Source: a virus. From it: a DNA stretch of 64,000 bases. The DNA is taken from the IMG/VR virus record IMGVR_UViG_3300013093_000020, one strand, 5' to 3'. A program made the translations under genes and the position numbers. Below are positions 39,874 through 50,860 of the stretch, one piece after another. The notes beneath the pieces are model-generated. The model had not been told where the DNA came from. It did not search any database and saw only the letters and a program-made list of their open reading frames with translations. The stretch's first letter is position 1, and every line of letters begins with the position of its first letter.

Positions 39874-42132
39874 ATGCCATATCAAGTATCGTACACTGAA
39901 AATACTAATTCGTCAAAACCTGCAATCACAGTTGCAGACCAGACACTGAATACTCAGACTAATCTTACATTTGTTGGAAAAAACTATGCTGGATATGCCC
40001 CATACCTGGCAAATGATCTACTACACTTGTTAGAAAATTTTGCAGCACCACAAGCTCCTGGCGCATCTAATTCAGCTATACCGGGAACACCGGTACAGGG
40101 CCAACTATGGTTTGATAATTCACCCGGGGTTAATTTATTAAAAGTCTTTGACGGAACTACTTGGAGTGCTGCAGGTAGTGTCAAAAAATCTCAAACTGCT
40201 CCTGCTGTAGCAAACAGCACAGTTGGCGATCTTTGGGCAGATACTACAAATAAACAATTATATGTTTTTTCTGGAAGTAATTGGATTTTAGTTGGTCCAC
40301 AATTTAGCGGTGGGACTAATTCTGGTCCGCAAACTGAAACTTTATATGATAATGCTAACGGCGCACATAATGTTATTAGTTTGTATTCAAATAATAATAG
40401 AATAGCCGTTATTAGTGACAGTGCATTCACACCTAAGACAACTATTAGTGGATTTAATTCAATCAATCAAGGTATTACCCTTAATGCAACTAATGCCTCT
40501 AGTACCACTGCACCGACAAAATTTTGGGGAACATCTTCAGCGGCAGATAGTTTAAATGTTAACGGTTCAGCCATCTTAGCTTCTAATTTTTTAAGAGGCG
40601 ATACTACAAGTATTACTAGTTTTCCAATAAAGATACAAAGTGATGATGGAGTATTCATTGGCAGCGACGGAACATTGTCAATTACAAATCCAATTGGTAA
40701 TAATGTCGCCGTAACACTTACAAGCGGCAAGGGAATTGATTTTAGTTTAAATGCAACACTAGGTGGTCAATCTGAAGGCCAAACTACGGTATTACATATT
40801 GATTCTAAAACTAGAGTTGGCATTGGGCAAAATAATCTTAACCCAACCGCTACATTAGATATCATTGGTAATGTTCAATCCACCGGACCTTTACTAGTTG
40901 AAGATACTACAACTTCTTCGGCTATTGGCATTGGTAGTATTGTTACACTTGGTGGTATCAGCACAGGTGTAGGAAAACAAAGTAGATTTGGCGGCAATAT
41001 TGTTATCAATGCCACGCAGCCAAATGCAAGCAATGGCGGTATTTTAATTAATAATTTGTCAAATGGTGATTCAGGTACAGAACTTGGCGGAGCAGTTATA
41101 CTACCGGGAACTGATGGTGGTGCTCATAAATATGACATCGGTACCGTAGCAAGACCGTTTAGAACCATTTATGCCGATACATTTTATAGTACCGGAACTA
41201 TATCGGGATCATTTACTGGAACACTAACTGGTAACATTACAGGTAGTGCAGCTGTTTTAGCTAGTGCAACACAATTTCAAATTACTGGCGATTTAATTAC
41301 TGTTGGTACAGTTCCATTTAATGGAGCAACAGAAACAGGATATTTGACATTAGAAACTGTATTGAATCCAACATTTATTACCACTAATGCAGATGGATCT
41401 GCAAGGGCTGTTGCATCTGGAAGCCTTGATAACGATGCGTTCTTGATATATCGTTCAGCAAATACAGACGGCACCGGAGCAGGACTTAAACAGACTAACA
41501 AGGCAGAATTTTTATCTAATGTACCATTAGTACCGATTGGATCTATTTTTCCATTTGGCGGATCAACTCCACCAAGTGGCTATTTGTTGTGTGACGGAAG
41601 TGAAGTAAGTCAGACAATTTATTCTGCACTATTTAAAGTCATTGCATTTAACTATGGCGCTAGTAATACTGTACATTCTGGATATTTTAAATTACCTGAT
41701 TTACGAGGTAGGTTCCCATTAGGTGCTGATAACATGAACAATAACTTGCAAGTTCAAGTCGGTAATTCAAGTGTAGCTACTGGCGGAGCACTCGGAAGAG
41801 CTAATAATGTGTCAGATTATCAATCTACAGTATTAGGTGCTCATAACGGAAACCAAACCCAATCATTGACTTTGGCTAATCTGCCTGACCATAAACATAC
41901 TATGAAAAGTGATAACGGCGGCCAGTATTTTGGAGTTGGGTTTAACACATCTTCAGATACATCTGCTCAAGGCAATGTAGTAAATCCAGGAAATACTGGC
42001 GTCGGATTAGCTAATAGCGGGCGTGTTGATGCATCATCTTTACCAGCTGGACAGTCATTAGGACAATCATTCAATGTTATGAATCCATATCAAACTGTCA
42101 ACTACATCATTTATACCGGACACATAGCATGA
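39874..42132 (+). CDS. Tail fibre protein with C-terminal collar domain
   Basis: VPIGSIFPFGGSTPPSGYLLCDGS...FKLPDLRGRFPLG; MNPYQTVNYII. Confidence 0.85.
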   Translation: MPYQVSYTENTNSSKPAITVADQTLNTQTNLTFVGKNYAGYAPYLANDLLHLLENFAAPQAPGASNSAIPGTPVQGQLWFDNSPGVNLLKVFDGTTWSAAGSVKKSQTAPAVANSTVGDLWADTTNKQLYVFSGSNWILVGPQFSGGTNSGPQTETLYDNANGAHNVISLYSNNNRIAVISDSAFTPKTTISGFNSINQGITLNATNASSTTAPTKFWGTSSAADSLNVNGSAILASNFLRGDTTSITSFPIKIQSDDGVFIGSDGTLSITNPIGNNVAVTLTSGKGIDFSLNATLGGQSEGQTTVLHIDSKTRVGIGQNNLNPTATLDIIGNVQSTGPLLVEDTTTSSAIGIGSIVTLGGISTGVGKQSRFGGNIVINATQPNASNGGILINNLSNGDSGTELGGAVILPGTDGGAHKYDIGTVARPFRTIYADTFYSTGTISGSFTGTLTGNITGSAAVLASATQFQITGDLITVGTVPFNGATETGYLTLETVLNPTFITTNADGSARAVASGSLDNDAFLIYRSANTDGTGAGLKQTNKAEFLSNVPLVPIGSIFPFGGSTPPSGYLLCDGSEVSQTIYSALFKVIAFNYGASNTVHSGYFKLPDLRGRFPLGADNMNNNLQVQVGNSSVATGGALGRANNVSDYQSTVLGAHNGNQTQSLTLANLPDHKHTMKSDNGGQYFGVGFNTSSDTSAQGNVVNPGNTGVGLANSGRVDASSLPAGQSLGQSFNVMNPYQTVNYIIYTGHIA

Positions 42133-43469
42133 CATATAGTATAAAAAATTCCGACGGGTCTACACTAATTGCAATTAATGACGGCACCCTCGATACCACA
42201 GCAACAAGTCTTACCTTAGTGGGTAAAAATGCAACAAATTATGGTCAATATTTTAATCAAAATTTTGTCAATCTATTACAAAATTTTGCCAATTCTACAG
42301 CACCTAACTATCCTATAGCAGGACAACTGTGGTACGATACAGCTAATGCTAGGTTAAAAGTATATGATGCTGTTGCTAAAACTTTTAAAGTTGCCGCTGG
42401 GACTATCGTGTCAAATACTGATCCGGGAACAGTACAAGGCGATATATGGATTGATAGTTATAGGAAGCAAGTTTATGTAAATGACGGTTCCGGAGAATTC
42501 CTTGTAGGACCACAATATACCAATCAACAGGGATTAAGTGGATTTGAAGTAACTGATATTATCGATTCAAATAATGTTTCTCATACTGTAGTTGAAATGT
42601 ATGTTGCAGGTGTACTAATAGGTATATTCAGCAAAGACGCATTTAGTCCATTAAATCCAGTCTCGGGATTTACTGGCAGCATAGGCGTTGGGTTCAATGC
42701 AAGTTCTTATAGTACATTTAGTTCAACATTGACTACGATTAACGCCACCGGTGACGGTACTACTGCTACTTTAACATTTGCTACCCAGCCTACGGTTCCA
42801 TTTAGTGTTGGTTCTTTAATAACTGTACAAGGTATAAACCCAAGTGGTTATAATGGTAGTTGGGTAGTAGTTAATTGTACTACAAGTTCAGTTAGTTTTG
42901 CTAGTTCGATAACAACTTCTCAGATTACAGCCGGTACTGTAACGGGTGGTATCACAACCAGCGGTATTGTTTTCAACACTCTAGCTAGTTCTGCTCTAAG
43001 TCTTGTTGGAGTAGATGGGGTCAGCAGATTTACAGCCAGTAGCTTTGTTACAACTACTGCTGATTCTACAATGTTCTCGCAATTAAAAATGTACAGTACC
43101 AATCCTTTAATTTTAGGACCTAATGGTAATGTACAAATATCAGTATCAAATACATTGTTTGCAATAAAACCAGCTACATCTAGCAATACTGTCCAAGATT
43201 TTGCTGTTATAACAAACACAGTTAATGGTCCGCAAAATAGTTTTTATATACAAGCAGCAACACAAAATGTTGGATTGTCCACAAATACTCCTCAAGCTAC
43301 TTTAGATGTAAATGGAACTATGCGTATAAATTCTTTAACTCCAGCAAGTAGTACAGATGCAGGAGTAACAGGACAAATTGCCTGGGACGCTAATTATCTA
43401 TATGTGTGTACTGCGGGCGGAACAACAGGTCAAGGTACCTGGAAGCGGGTACAATTACAAAGCTTCTAA
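42129..43469 (+). CDS. Tail fibre-like protein (paralogous N-terminus)
   Basis: Shares LVGKN..YG...NF..LL.NFA...P..GQLWYD N-terminus with neighbours. Confidence 0.7.
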   Translation: MTYSIKNSDGSTLIAINDGTLDTTATSLTLVGKNATNYGQYFNQNFVNLLQNFANSTAPNYPIAGQLWYDTANARLKVYDAVAKTFKVAAGTIVSNTDPGTVQGDIWIDSYRKQVYVNDGSGEFLVGPQYTNQQGLSGFEVTDIIDSNNVSHTVVEMYVAGVLIGIFSKDAFSPLNPVSGFTGSIGVGFNASSYSTFSSTLTTINATGDGTTATLTFATQPTVPFSVGSLITVQGINPSGYNGSWVVVNCTTSSVSFASSITTSQITAGTVTGGITTSGIVFNTLASSALSLVGVDGVSRFTASSFVTTTADSTMFSQLKMYSTNPLILGPNGNVQISVSNTLFAIKPATSSNTVQDFAVITNTVNGPQNSFYIQAATQNVGLSTNTPQATLDVNGTMRINSLTPASSTDAGVTGQIAWDANYLYVCTAGGTTGQGTWKRVQLQSF

Positions 43470-43499
43470 CGCATAAATACTAGGAATAAGGACTCCGCA

Positions 43500-45032
43500 A
43501 TGCCATATACAATTTCGAGAACAAATGGAACACAAATTGCCGTTATCGCAGACGGTACAGTTGATCAATCAACAAGTTTAAAGCTAGTAGGTAAAAATTA
43601 TGCTGGCTATGGTGCTATTCAAAATGAAAATTTTGTGTACCTTTTAGAAAATTTTGCAAGTAATTCTGGCCCAGCTAATCCATTGCCTGGACAAATTTGG
43701 TTTGATACTTCGGTTGTAGGCGGAAAATTAAGATTTTGGGACGGAAGCAAATATAGAACTACAGGCGGAAGCGAAATTAGTCCAACTCAACCTGCAGGAT
43801 TAACCGTAGGTGATTTATGGTATGACAGTACAAATAGCCAATTGAATGTGTGCGTTGGTACAAATCAATTTTTATTAGTTGGACCTCAAACTAGTTCTGC
43901 ATTTACAGGACAGACACAATGGATATCTACTAGTGTTTTAGATACATCAAATGTCAGTCATCCTATTATTAAAGGCGTTAATAATGGTGTAGTAGTTGCT
44001 ATTATGTCAGATACAACCTTTAAAATTGGTAGCGGTGCAGGCAATGTAATAACCGGATTTACTGAAATACATCAAGGTATTACACTAGCATATACTAATG
44101 ATAGTACAGTTAGTCCTGTTGGAGTAACTCAACCTAGTAACTCTCAAGCAACATCTTATAGGTTTTGGGGAACAGCTACCAATGCCGACTTATTAGGCGG
44201 ATTACCAGCAAGTTCCTTTGTACAAGGTGCAAGCGGCAACTTTGCAAATCCTGTTACATTTAGCGATCAAGGATTTACTGTTGGTAGCAAACTAACAATT
44301 TATAATAATGGATCAATACCTACTATCAAATCATTATTAAATGATGAGATCGATATACAGGTAACCTACAATAGTGCTAATTATACATCTGCAAAATTTA
44401 CACATAGTAATATTCAGCCAAGTGCAGCAGGACAAAATGATCTAGGAACTCAGGCCAACTACTGGGGAACGGTATGGGCTACTGCATTTAAAGGCGGTGT
44501 AGCTGATGCTGCTACAGGATTATATTTTAATAGCGCAACCATTCTTCCTGACTACGGTGCTAATGCAAATACAATAGCAGTAAGGACAGCCACAAGCCAA
44601 ACTGTAAATGGAATTACAGCTACAGCAGGTAGTCTTTCAGCTAGTTATTTTATTGGTACTGCAACAATGGCAAATTATGCGGACTTAGCAGAAAAATATC
44701 TATGCGATCAAGAATATTCTCCAGGTACAGTAGTATGCGTAGGCGGAGAAAAAGAAGTTACTGCTACCAATATTGGTGATAAAGCTATTGGTGCAGTGAG
44801 CACTAATCCGGGTGTGATGATGAATAGTGAACAAGAGGGCGGAACATATATTGCTTTGAAAGGTCGTATTCCAGTTAAAGTGACAGGACCGGTAGTTAAA
44901 GGACAAAGATTGGTAGCTGGCCCGAATGGTACAGCTCAAGCAACATTTGGCCCATCTAGTGATGTGTTTGCAGTATCTTTAGAAACTAGTAACGAAACAG
45001 GCATGAGACTTGTTGAGTGTGTCATTCTATAA
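43500..45032 (+). CDS. Tail fibre-like protein with C-terminal chaperone/autocleavage-type domain
   Basis: Same N-terminal domain; YADLAEKY...GAVSTNP...IALKGRIPVKV C-terminus; CATAAATA at 43472-43479. Confidence 0.7.
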   Translation: MPYTISRTNGTQIAVIADGTVDQSTSLKLVGKNYAGYGAIQNENFVYLLENFASNSGPANPLPGQIWFDTSVVGGKLRFWDGSKYRTTGGSEISPTQPAGLTVGDLWYDSTNSQLNVCVGTNQFLLVGPQTSSAFTGQTQWISTSVLDTSNVSHPIIKGVNNGVVVAIMSDTTFKIGSGAGNVITGFTEIHQGITLAYTNDSTVSPVGVTQPSNSQATSYRFWGTATNADLLGGLPASSFVQGASGNFANPVTFSDQGFTVGSKLTIYNNGSIPTIKSLLNDEIDIQVTYNSANYTSAKFTHSNIQPSAAGQNDLGTQANYWGTVWATAFKGGVADAATGLYFNSATILPDYGANANTIAVRTATSQTVNGITATAGSLSASYFIGTATMANYADLAEKYLCDQEYSPGTVVCVGGEKEVTATNIGDKAIGAVSTNPGVMMNSEQEGGTYIALKGRIPVKVTGPVVKGQRLVAGPNGTAQATFGPSSDVFAVSLETSNETGMRLVECVIL

Positions 45033-45044
45033 AAGAGGAAGTAC

Positions 45045-46070
45045 ATGTCTGGAAAATACACAAATATACTGGCAAGTGATTATAACAGTATACAAACAAC
45101 AGTTGCAGCATTATTAGGTGATCCAACAGCTCCGGCTGCCCCAGCTTCAATTACCGATAGTTCTTCCACAACAGGTTGGGGTCAAACACATTCTAGCTCA
45201 CTAGTAAGTGGTCCTCCCACTTCTAATGTAATAACAGCATTGCAGTGGCATAATTTAAGATTAGATATATTGAAAGCATGGTATCATGTATTTGGAACCG
45301 ACTATAGCGGCAGTTTGCCAGAGCCATATAATGTTGCATTAGGCAGTAGTTATCACTATCAAATTTCAGAATCTGACAGAGCTGCCTATGCGTTAGCAGC
45401 TCAGACCTTAAGCTCGAATAAATTTGCTGTTGCTAGTAATCAATTAACAGTTACTCCTTATACCCAAACATATGCAGGTGGGTGGAACACACAGTTGTCC
45501 CAAGGTGTAACTGCAACATTTAATGGATATACCAATGCTGGAGGACAGTCGGTAAGCGCAGGTGCAGCAGCTAGATACTTTTTTAATGCTGGCGGAACAA
45601 TAAGATTTAGTGCTAGTATTGCAAGTCCGACCGGACTAAAAGATTCTGCTTGGCAGGCCATATTTAATAATATGGGAACAATAGTATTATCGGCTAATGG
45701 TATCAGCCAAACTGGCAATTCAAGTTCTACAGCAACTATACAACAAGAAAGCTATTTTGGTACTTTCTTATCTACTCCTGTAGTTATTTTTAGACAAAAT
45801 GTACCTAGTGCAGCAAGTGACGGCGGGATTTATCTAAATAACTATTACCAAATTTCAGCTAGCTTTAATCCAACTACATGTCAGTTTTCATTTTTAGTAC
45901 AATGGGTCGATGCTGTAGGCAGAAGTTCTAACCCAACCTATGGATATGATGTGGTAGTCAACGGTACTATATCCAGCACAGTGCAGATAAGTTATCCTAC
46001 AACTTCATATGTATCTGTAAATCCACCAACATTGACTGCTAATACAATTACAGCTTTGGCAAACGATTAA
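45045..46070 (+). CDS. Virion structural protein
   Basis: DYNSIQT...GWGQ...ARYFFNAGGTI, paralogous to N-terminus of next gene. Confidence 0.6.
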   Translation: MSGKYTNILASDYNSIQTTVAALLGDPTAPAAPASITDSSSTTGWGQTHSSSLVSGPPTSNVITALQWHNLRLDILKAWYHVFGTDYSGSLPEPYNVALGSSYHYQISESDRAAYALAAQTLSSNKFAVASNQLTVTPYTQTYAGGWNTQLSQGVTATFNGYTNAGGQSVSAGAAARYFFNAGGTIRFSASIASPTGLKDSAWQAIFNNMGTIVLSANGISQTGNSSSTATIQQESYFGTFLSTPVVIFRQNVPSAASDGGIYLNNYYQISASFNPTTCQFSFLVQWVDAVGRSSNPTYGYDVVVNGTISSTVQISYPTTSYVSVNPPTLTANTITALAND

Positions 46071-46122
46071 TTTTTTAGCCTAGGTATGTAAAAAATAAAT
46101 ACCAAAGGTAAAAGGAATAAGA

Positions 46123-48756
46123 ATGGCGACCCAAAACTCATCTATATCAGTAGCAGATTATAATAGTATACAAACTGCTATTTCTAACATCTATGGAGAC
46201 AATTACGGAACCCATGGAACACAAGGTGAGTCTGATCCATCTTATGGTTGGGGTCAGCAGGTTAGCAGTAGTCCAGTAGTTGGCGCAACAGGCGCAGGAA
46301 ATCCAAGCAGTGTCGCTAGTAAAGTTTCAGTGGCTGACATGCAAAAACTATTCTATGATTTAGTAAATGCCTATTATAAAATTTATGGTGTTGATTATAG
46401 TAGTAATTTAACAGTTCCAACTTCTGATAATAGTATAAGTGCTGCTATTATATCACAATACAGCGCCGTAGCATCAACAATTTCAGCCAACAAGTTTTCC
46501 CTATATACCGGAAATACAAGTGTTACTTCTACTACAAAAACTTTATCACCTGGTTGGAATGTCTCTGCCTCTCAAACAATAACTGTGACATTTGCCAGTT
46601 ACGATAGAGCTCGATATTTTTTCAATAATGGCGGAACAATTCAGTTATATTCTAGTATCAGCGGCGGGACGACTGGTAGTGCCACTACAAAAGATTTTAG
46701 TTGGAACAGTATTTTTAATAGTGTGGGTATTATCTATATTGGGGCTCAAGGTATAACTAGCAGTAACAGTGGTACTACTGCTACTATTAATAATTATGGT
46801 TTTTATAATTTTCCTACCAGTGACACTCCGTTGGTCATTTGTACTACTCCCAACGCCGGAGGTACTAGTCCTACAGATACTGGTGGAGCATACAACCCAA
46901 ATACTGGCGGATTAATTTATGCTCCTAACCAGTATCAGATAAACGGATCTTGGAATTCATCAAATAATACATTTACATTTAATATCAGCTGGCAAGATTT
47001 AGCTACAAGTACCAATACACAGTATGTAGGTCAGGGTCAGGGTACTGATACTCCAATACAAGGTACTATTGGTAGCACCATTCAATTAGCCACACCTAGT
47101 ACCTACATTATTGTTGGCCCTAATGCAGGCAGTAGATTTGTATTGATATCACCGCCCGGTGTCGGTGCCGGTACTATTTTTACAGCAGCCAATGACCGTT
47201 CTAGTTCAGCAACTCCTATATTAATAAGTCCACAAACCTTGTCTGTAGCACCCACAGCCGAAGCTCAATTTAGCCAGCAGTTTACAGCCAGCGGTGGCAC
47301 TGCACCCTACGCCATTACTTTAGTTTCCTCATCATTTCCTGCAGGTATATCTTACAATCAAAGTACAGCCACTCTAAGTGGAGTGGCAACAGGTGCCCCT
47401 ACTAGTGGATGGGCATTTACTCTACAAGCAACAGATGCTCAAGGTTTTATTGGGACTCAATCCTATAGCAGTTATGTGATTGAACCTACAATCAGTATTG
47501 GATTTAGTGGGTCAAGTTCTACTACGGTTTATTCAAATTATCAAGGATTTATTTCAGCTACTGGTGGAGCTGGAACATATACTTACGCTATCAAAGGTAA
47601 TGTTCCTCCTTCGTCGGCCTATCAGTACTTACCGTCAGGAATATCATTCGGTGGAAATATAATATCGGGAACACCGACACAAGCAGGTAATTTTAATTTT
47701 ACTATCACAGCTACAGATAGTTATGGATTCTACGGTGAACAGAATTATAATCTTAGTGTAGCTGGTCCCACAATAACAGTTACACCTAATGGACCTGGCA
47801 GTTATACAGGTGAAGTAGGATTGAACAGTAGTTATACATTAAGTTGTTCAAGTTCGGGAGGATCTGGTACTATTACTTGGTCTACTGCACCGTCATCACC
47901 TCCTTACGGAACCAGTGATGGATTACCACCCGGACTAACATTAAATTCGAGCAATGGTACAGTATCTGGGACTTGTAACACTGAAGGACATTGGGCATGG
48001 TCTATGCGTGCCACAGATTCAAACGGATTTTACGGACAAAATATATATTCTTTGATCGTGGCCAATAACCGCACTAGACAAGTATACTCTTATAGTAGTC
48101 CGGGAAGTTATTCATTTTCAGTACCTTCTGGTGCAACTGTTGTTAATTTAATTGCTATAGGCGGCGGTGGTGGCGGCGCTACTGCTACTAGCACAGTAGT
48201 CCGGCTTGCCTTCCTGGGATCTCGAACTGTATGGACTCCCGGCGGCGGTGGCGGCGGCGGCGGCTATTATCAAAGCGGTGATTTTTCTGTCAGCCCGGGT
48301 GATTACTTTACTTTCTCAATTGGTTCTGGAGGTGGGGCCGGGGCTGCAGGTGGCACAACAACAGTTAATTGGTATAACTCTTCAGGAGGGTTAAAAGCCC
48401 AAATATCTGCCGGTGGCGGAAATCCTGGATCTGGAACAAGTGGTGGAGGTGCCGGGTCAGGCGGTGGCAACGGTGGCAACGGTGTTGCAGCCAGCGGCTC
48501 GTATGTAGGAAACCCCGGCGGTGCTGGGTCATCTTTAGCACTAGGTCCACTATCAGCTGAAGTCGGTGGTGGTGGTGGTGGCGGTACTTCTGGAAGCGGA
48601 TTTACCTCATCCGGTGGTCCAGGTGGCGGCGGATTTGGCGGTAGTAGCGGATCTAATGGCGGCAATGGAACAGGCGGCATAGGCGGCGGCGGTGGCGGCG
48701 GCGGCCAAACTAGTGGTGGTAGTGGTGGTAGTGGTGGTGTATATTTCTTCGCTTAA
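46123..48756 (+). CDS. Structural/adhesin protein with putative Ig (He_PIG-like) repeats and glycine-rich C-terminus
   Basis: Three (A/S)SGG..Y..LP.G....SGTP...F...ATD..G repeats; poly-Gly domain; AATAAATA at 46094-46101. Confidence 0.75.
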   Translation: MATQNSSISVADYNSIQTAISNIYGDNYGTHGTQGESDPSYGWGQQVSSSPVVGATGAGNPSSVASKVSVADMQKLFYDLVNAYYKIYGVDYSSNLTVPTSDNSISAAIISQYSAVASTISANKFSLYTGNTSVTSTTKTLSPGWNVSASQTITVTFASYDRARYFFNNGGTIQLYSSISGGTTGSATTKDFSWNSIFNSVGIIYIGAQGITSSNSGTTATINNYGFYNFPTSDTPLVICTTPNAGGTSPTDTGGAYNPNTGGLIYAPNQYQINGSWNSSNNTFTFNISWQDLATSTNTQYVGQGQGTDTPIQGTIGSTIQLATPSTYIIVGPNAGSRFVLISPPGVGAGTIFTAANDRSSSATPILISPQTLSVAPTAEAQFSQQFTASGGTAPYAITLVSSSFPAGISYNQSTATLSGVATGAPTSGWAFTLQATDAQGFIGTQSYSSYVIEPTISIGFSGSSSTTVYSNYQGFISATGGAGTYTYAIKGNVPPSSAYQYLPSGISFGGNIISGTPTQAGNFNFTITATDSYGFYGEQNYNLSVAGPTITVTPNGPGSYTGEVGLNSSYTLSCSSSGGSGTITWSTAPSSPPYGTSDGLPPGLTLNSSNGTVSGTCNTEGHWAWSMRATDSNGFYGQNIYSLIVANNRTRQVYSYSSPGSYSFSVPSGATVVNLIAIGGGGGGATATSTVVRLAFLGSRTVWTPGGGGGGGGYYQSGDFSVSPGDYFTFSIGSGGGAGAAGGTTTVNWYNSSGGLKAQISAGGGNPGSGTSGGGAGSGGGNGGNGVAASGSYVGNPGGAGSSLALGPLSAEVGGGGGGGTSGSGFTSSGGPGGGGFGGSSGSNGGNGTGGIGGGGGGGGQTSGGSGGSGGVYFFA

Positions 48757-48779
48757 TCAAAACTGCTAAATCAATCAAG

Positions 48780-48820
48780 TTGACATGGATAATTATACTA
48801 GTATATAATGTTATACTAGT
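48780..48820 (+). promoter_or_regulatory. Sigma70-type promoter overlapped by an inverted repeat
   Basis: TTGACA 48780-48785, 18 nt, TATAAT 48804-48809; ACTAGTATA (48797-48805)/TATACTAGT (48812-48820). Confidence 0.7.
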
Positions 48821-48829
48821 GGAGTTATC

Positions 48830-49180
48830 ATGGATGAACGCATAGAAAAAGCCTTTGAAACAGCCAATTACATGGCTACATTGTCAAATCAAAGGCGCAT
48901 AATATTAGAAGAATTTAATCAACGCTGTGTATTTTATAAGAACGGCGGAACATTTCTTATTACACCCAAATTATTGAGCTTCGTCAAAATGACCATAGAG
49001 TTAGGTCATGATGAAGATGTGAGTTTCATTGACTCAAATAATTTTCCGGTAGAAATAAAAGATGTTAACGAGTTTTTTAGTGAAATTACTGATCGTTACT
49101 ATAGTGCATTGAATGACTATAGTGCCAAATTTACAGAGATTAAATCTAAAAGACGAATCAAAGATATAGTCGAACTATGA
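48830..49180 (+). CDS. Hypothetical protein
   Basis: 116 aa, GGAG SD, first gene of glycosyltransferase operon. Confidence 0.75.
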   Translation: MDERIEKAFETANYMATLSNQRRIILEEFNQRCVFYKNGGTFLITPKLLSFVKMTIELGHDEDVSFIDSNNFPVEIKDVNEFFSEITDRYYSALNDYSAKFTEIKSKRRIKDIVEL

Positions 49181-50022
49181 CAGTAGGTGCAGTATTATTT
49201 GCTTTAAATAATGATGCTATCGATTATACCAGGCTGGCAGTTTATGCCGCTGATAAAGTTAAAAAATTCCTAAATATTCCTGTAACTCTAATAACAGATA
49301 GCCCGCATTGGCTTGAAGGCAACTACCCTAATCACGGTTTTGATAATGTTATTACTATCAGTGAGGAATTTAATTATAGTCGTCAATTCAATGATGGAAC
49401 TATAGCAGGAAAAATGTTAAGTTGGCGTAATCAATCTAGGAATAGTGTTTATAGATTAACTCCATACGATAAGACACTAGTCATTGATAGTGATTTTGTC
49501 ATAAATTCAAACTTGCTACAAATGGCATTAGATCTCGATACTGATTTCCAGATATACAAAAAAGGATTTGACATTGCCACATGGCGTAATGAGGGCCGCA
49601 CTGATAGAATGAATCAGTACTCAATTCCCTTCTACTGGGCCACAGTATTTGTCTTTCAAAAAACTACGATAACAGAAGCATTTTTTGACCTAATCGAATA
49701 CATAAAAATTAACTGGAATTATTTTAGAGTTCTGTATAGTATAGAAAGTGTTTTATATAGAAATGACTATGCTTTTAGTATTGCTATACACATTATGAAT
49801 GGTAAAACTAACGGAGAATTTGCCACGGAGCTACCTGGAAAATTATTTTTCTCTACAGACAAAGATATTCTTGTTAATATAGATGATAACAAAATGAAAT
49901 TTCTAATTGAAAAACCTCGACATCTAGGTGAATACTATCTTGCTAAGATCACTGATACAGATGTTCACATCATGAACAAATATAGTCTTAGTAGATTTAT
50001 TGAAGGAGGTTCGGGTGTCTAA
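49177..50022 (+). CDS. GT-A fold glycosyltransferase-like protein
   Basis: TPYDKTLVIDSDF (DxD) and RNDYAFSIA motifs. Confidence 0.65.
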   Translation: MTVGAVLFALNNDAIDYTRLAVYAADKVKKFLNIPVTLITDSPHWLEGNYPNHGFDNVITISEEFNYSRQFNDGTIAGKMLSWRNQSRNSVYRLTPYDKTLVIDSDFVINSNLLQMALDLDTDFQIYKKGFDIATWRNEGRTDRMNQYSIPFYWATVFVFQKTTITEAFFDLIEYIKINWNYFRVLYSIESVLYRNDYAFSIAIHIMNGKTNGEFATELPGKLFFSTDKDILVNIDDNKMKFLIEKPRHLGEYYLAKITDTDVHIMNKYSLSRFIEGGSGV

Positions 50023-50860
50023 GGGATTTTTAATTTTTGCAAAAAATACTGAAAATATAGACTATGTTAGGCAGTCATGCGCCCTTGCGTTAAGTATAAA
50101 ATATAGTCAATCAAATATTAATAATATTAGTATTGTTACTAATGACTCGATACCTGATGAGTTTGCTGATCTTTTTGATCAAATAATACCAATACCATGG
50201 TATAAAGAAAATGAAAATGATCCATTGGCAGCAGAACATCGTTGGAAGATGTACCATGCTACACCATATGATGAGACTATTGTTTTAGATAGCGACATGC
50301 TAGTTCTTGATGATATTTCAACATGGTGGGATTATTGTTCAAATTATGATATTAAATTCTGTTCAAGAATTAAAAATTATAAATTAGAAACTGTTGTGGA
50401 TACAGTACATAGACAAGCATTTATTCAAAACAAATTAACTAATCCATATTTTGCCTTACATTATTTTAAAAAATCTGATTCGGCGCATGAATTTTATCGA
50501 TGCTTAGAATTTGTTTGTAAAAATTGGCAATGGTGCTGGACTAAGTTCGCACCTGAAATGTATCAAGATTGGTGTAGTATGGATCTAGCTAGTGCTATTG
50601 CTATTGAATTAAGCCAATTACATAGTCTAGCACTTGATCAAGTTGCTCCGTTAGAATTTGTACACATGAAATCTGCAATTCAAGGTTGGGATCCTATACC
50701 GTCCAGTTGGCAGAATACTGTACCAGTTGTACTTAATCGTAAGGGAGAATTAGTTGTTGGAAACATTAGACAGAGTAGAATTTTCCATTATGTAGAAAAG
50801 GATTTTATATCAGATAACATCCTAACAAGATTAAAGGAATTAAATGAACGAATTTCCTAA
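50015..50860 (+). CDS. GT-A fold glycosyltransferase-like protein
   Basis: GTG 50015 after AAGGAGGT; TPYDETIVLDSDML (DxD); paralog of upstream gene. Confidence 0.65.
   Translation: MSKGFLIFAKNTENIDYVRQSCALALSIKYSQSNINNISIVTNDSIPDEFADLFDQIIPIPWYKENENDPLAAEHRWKMYHATPYDETIVLDSDMLVLDDISTWWDYCSNYDIKFCSRIKNYKLETVVDTVHRQAFIQNKLTNPYFALHYFKKSDSAHEFYRCLEFVCKNWQWCWTKFAPEMYQDWCSMDLASAIAIELSQLHSLALDQVAPLEFVHMKSAIQGWDPIPSSWQNTVPVVLNRKGELVVGNIRQSRIFHYVEKDFISDNILTRLKELNERIS

Noticed and set aside
48230-48740. GC-rich island of GGC/GGT repeats
   Set aside because: Explained by the glycine-rich protein domain
37056-48756. Diversity-generating retroelement or invertible fibre cassette
   Set aside because: No reverse transcriptase, invertase, or TR/VR pair seen in the window
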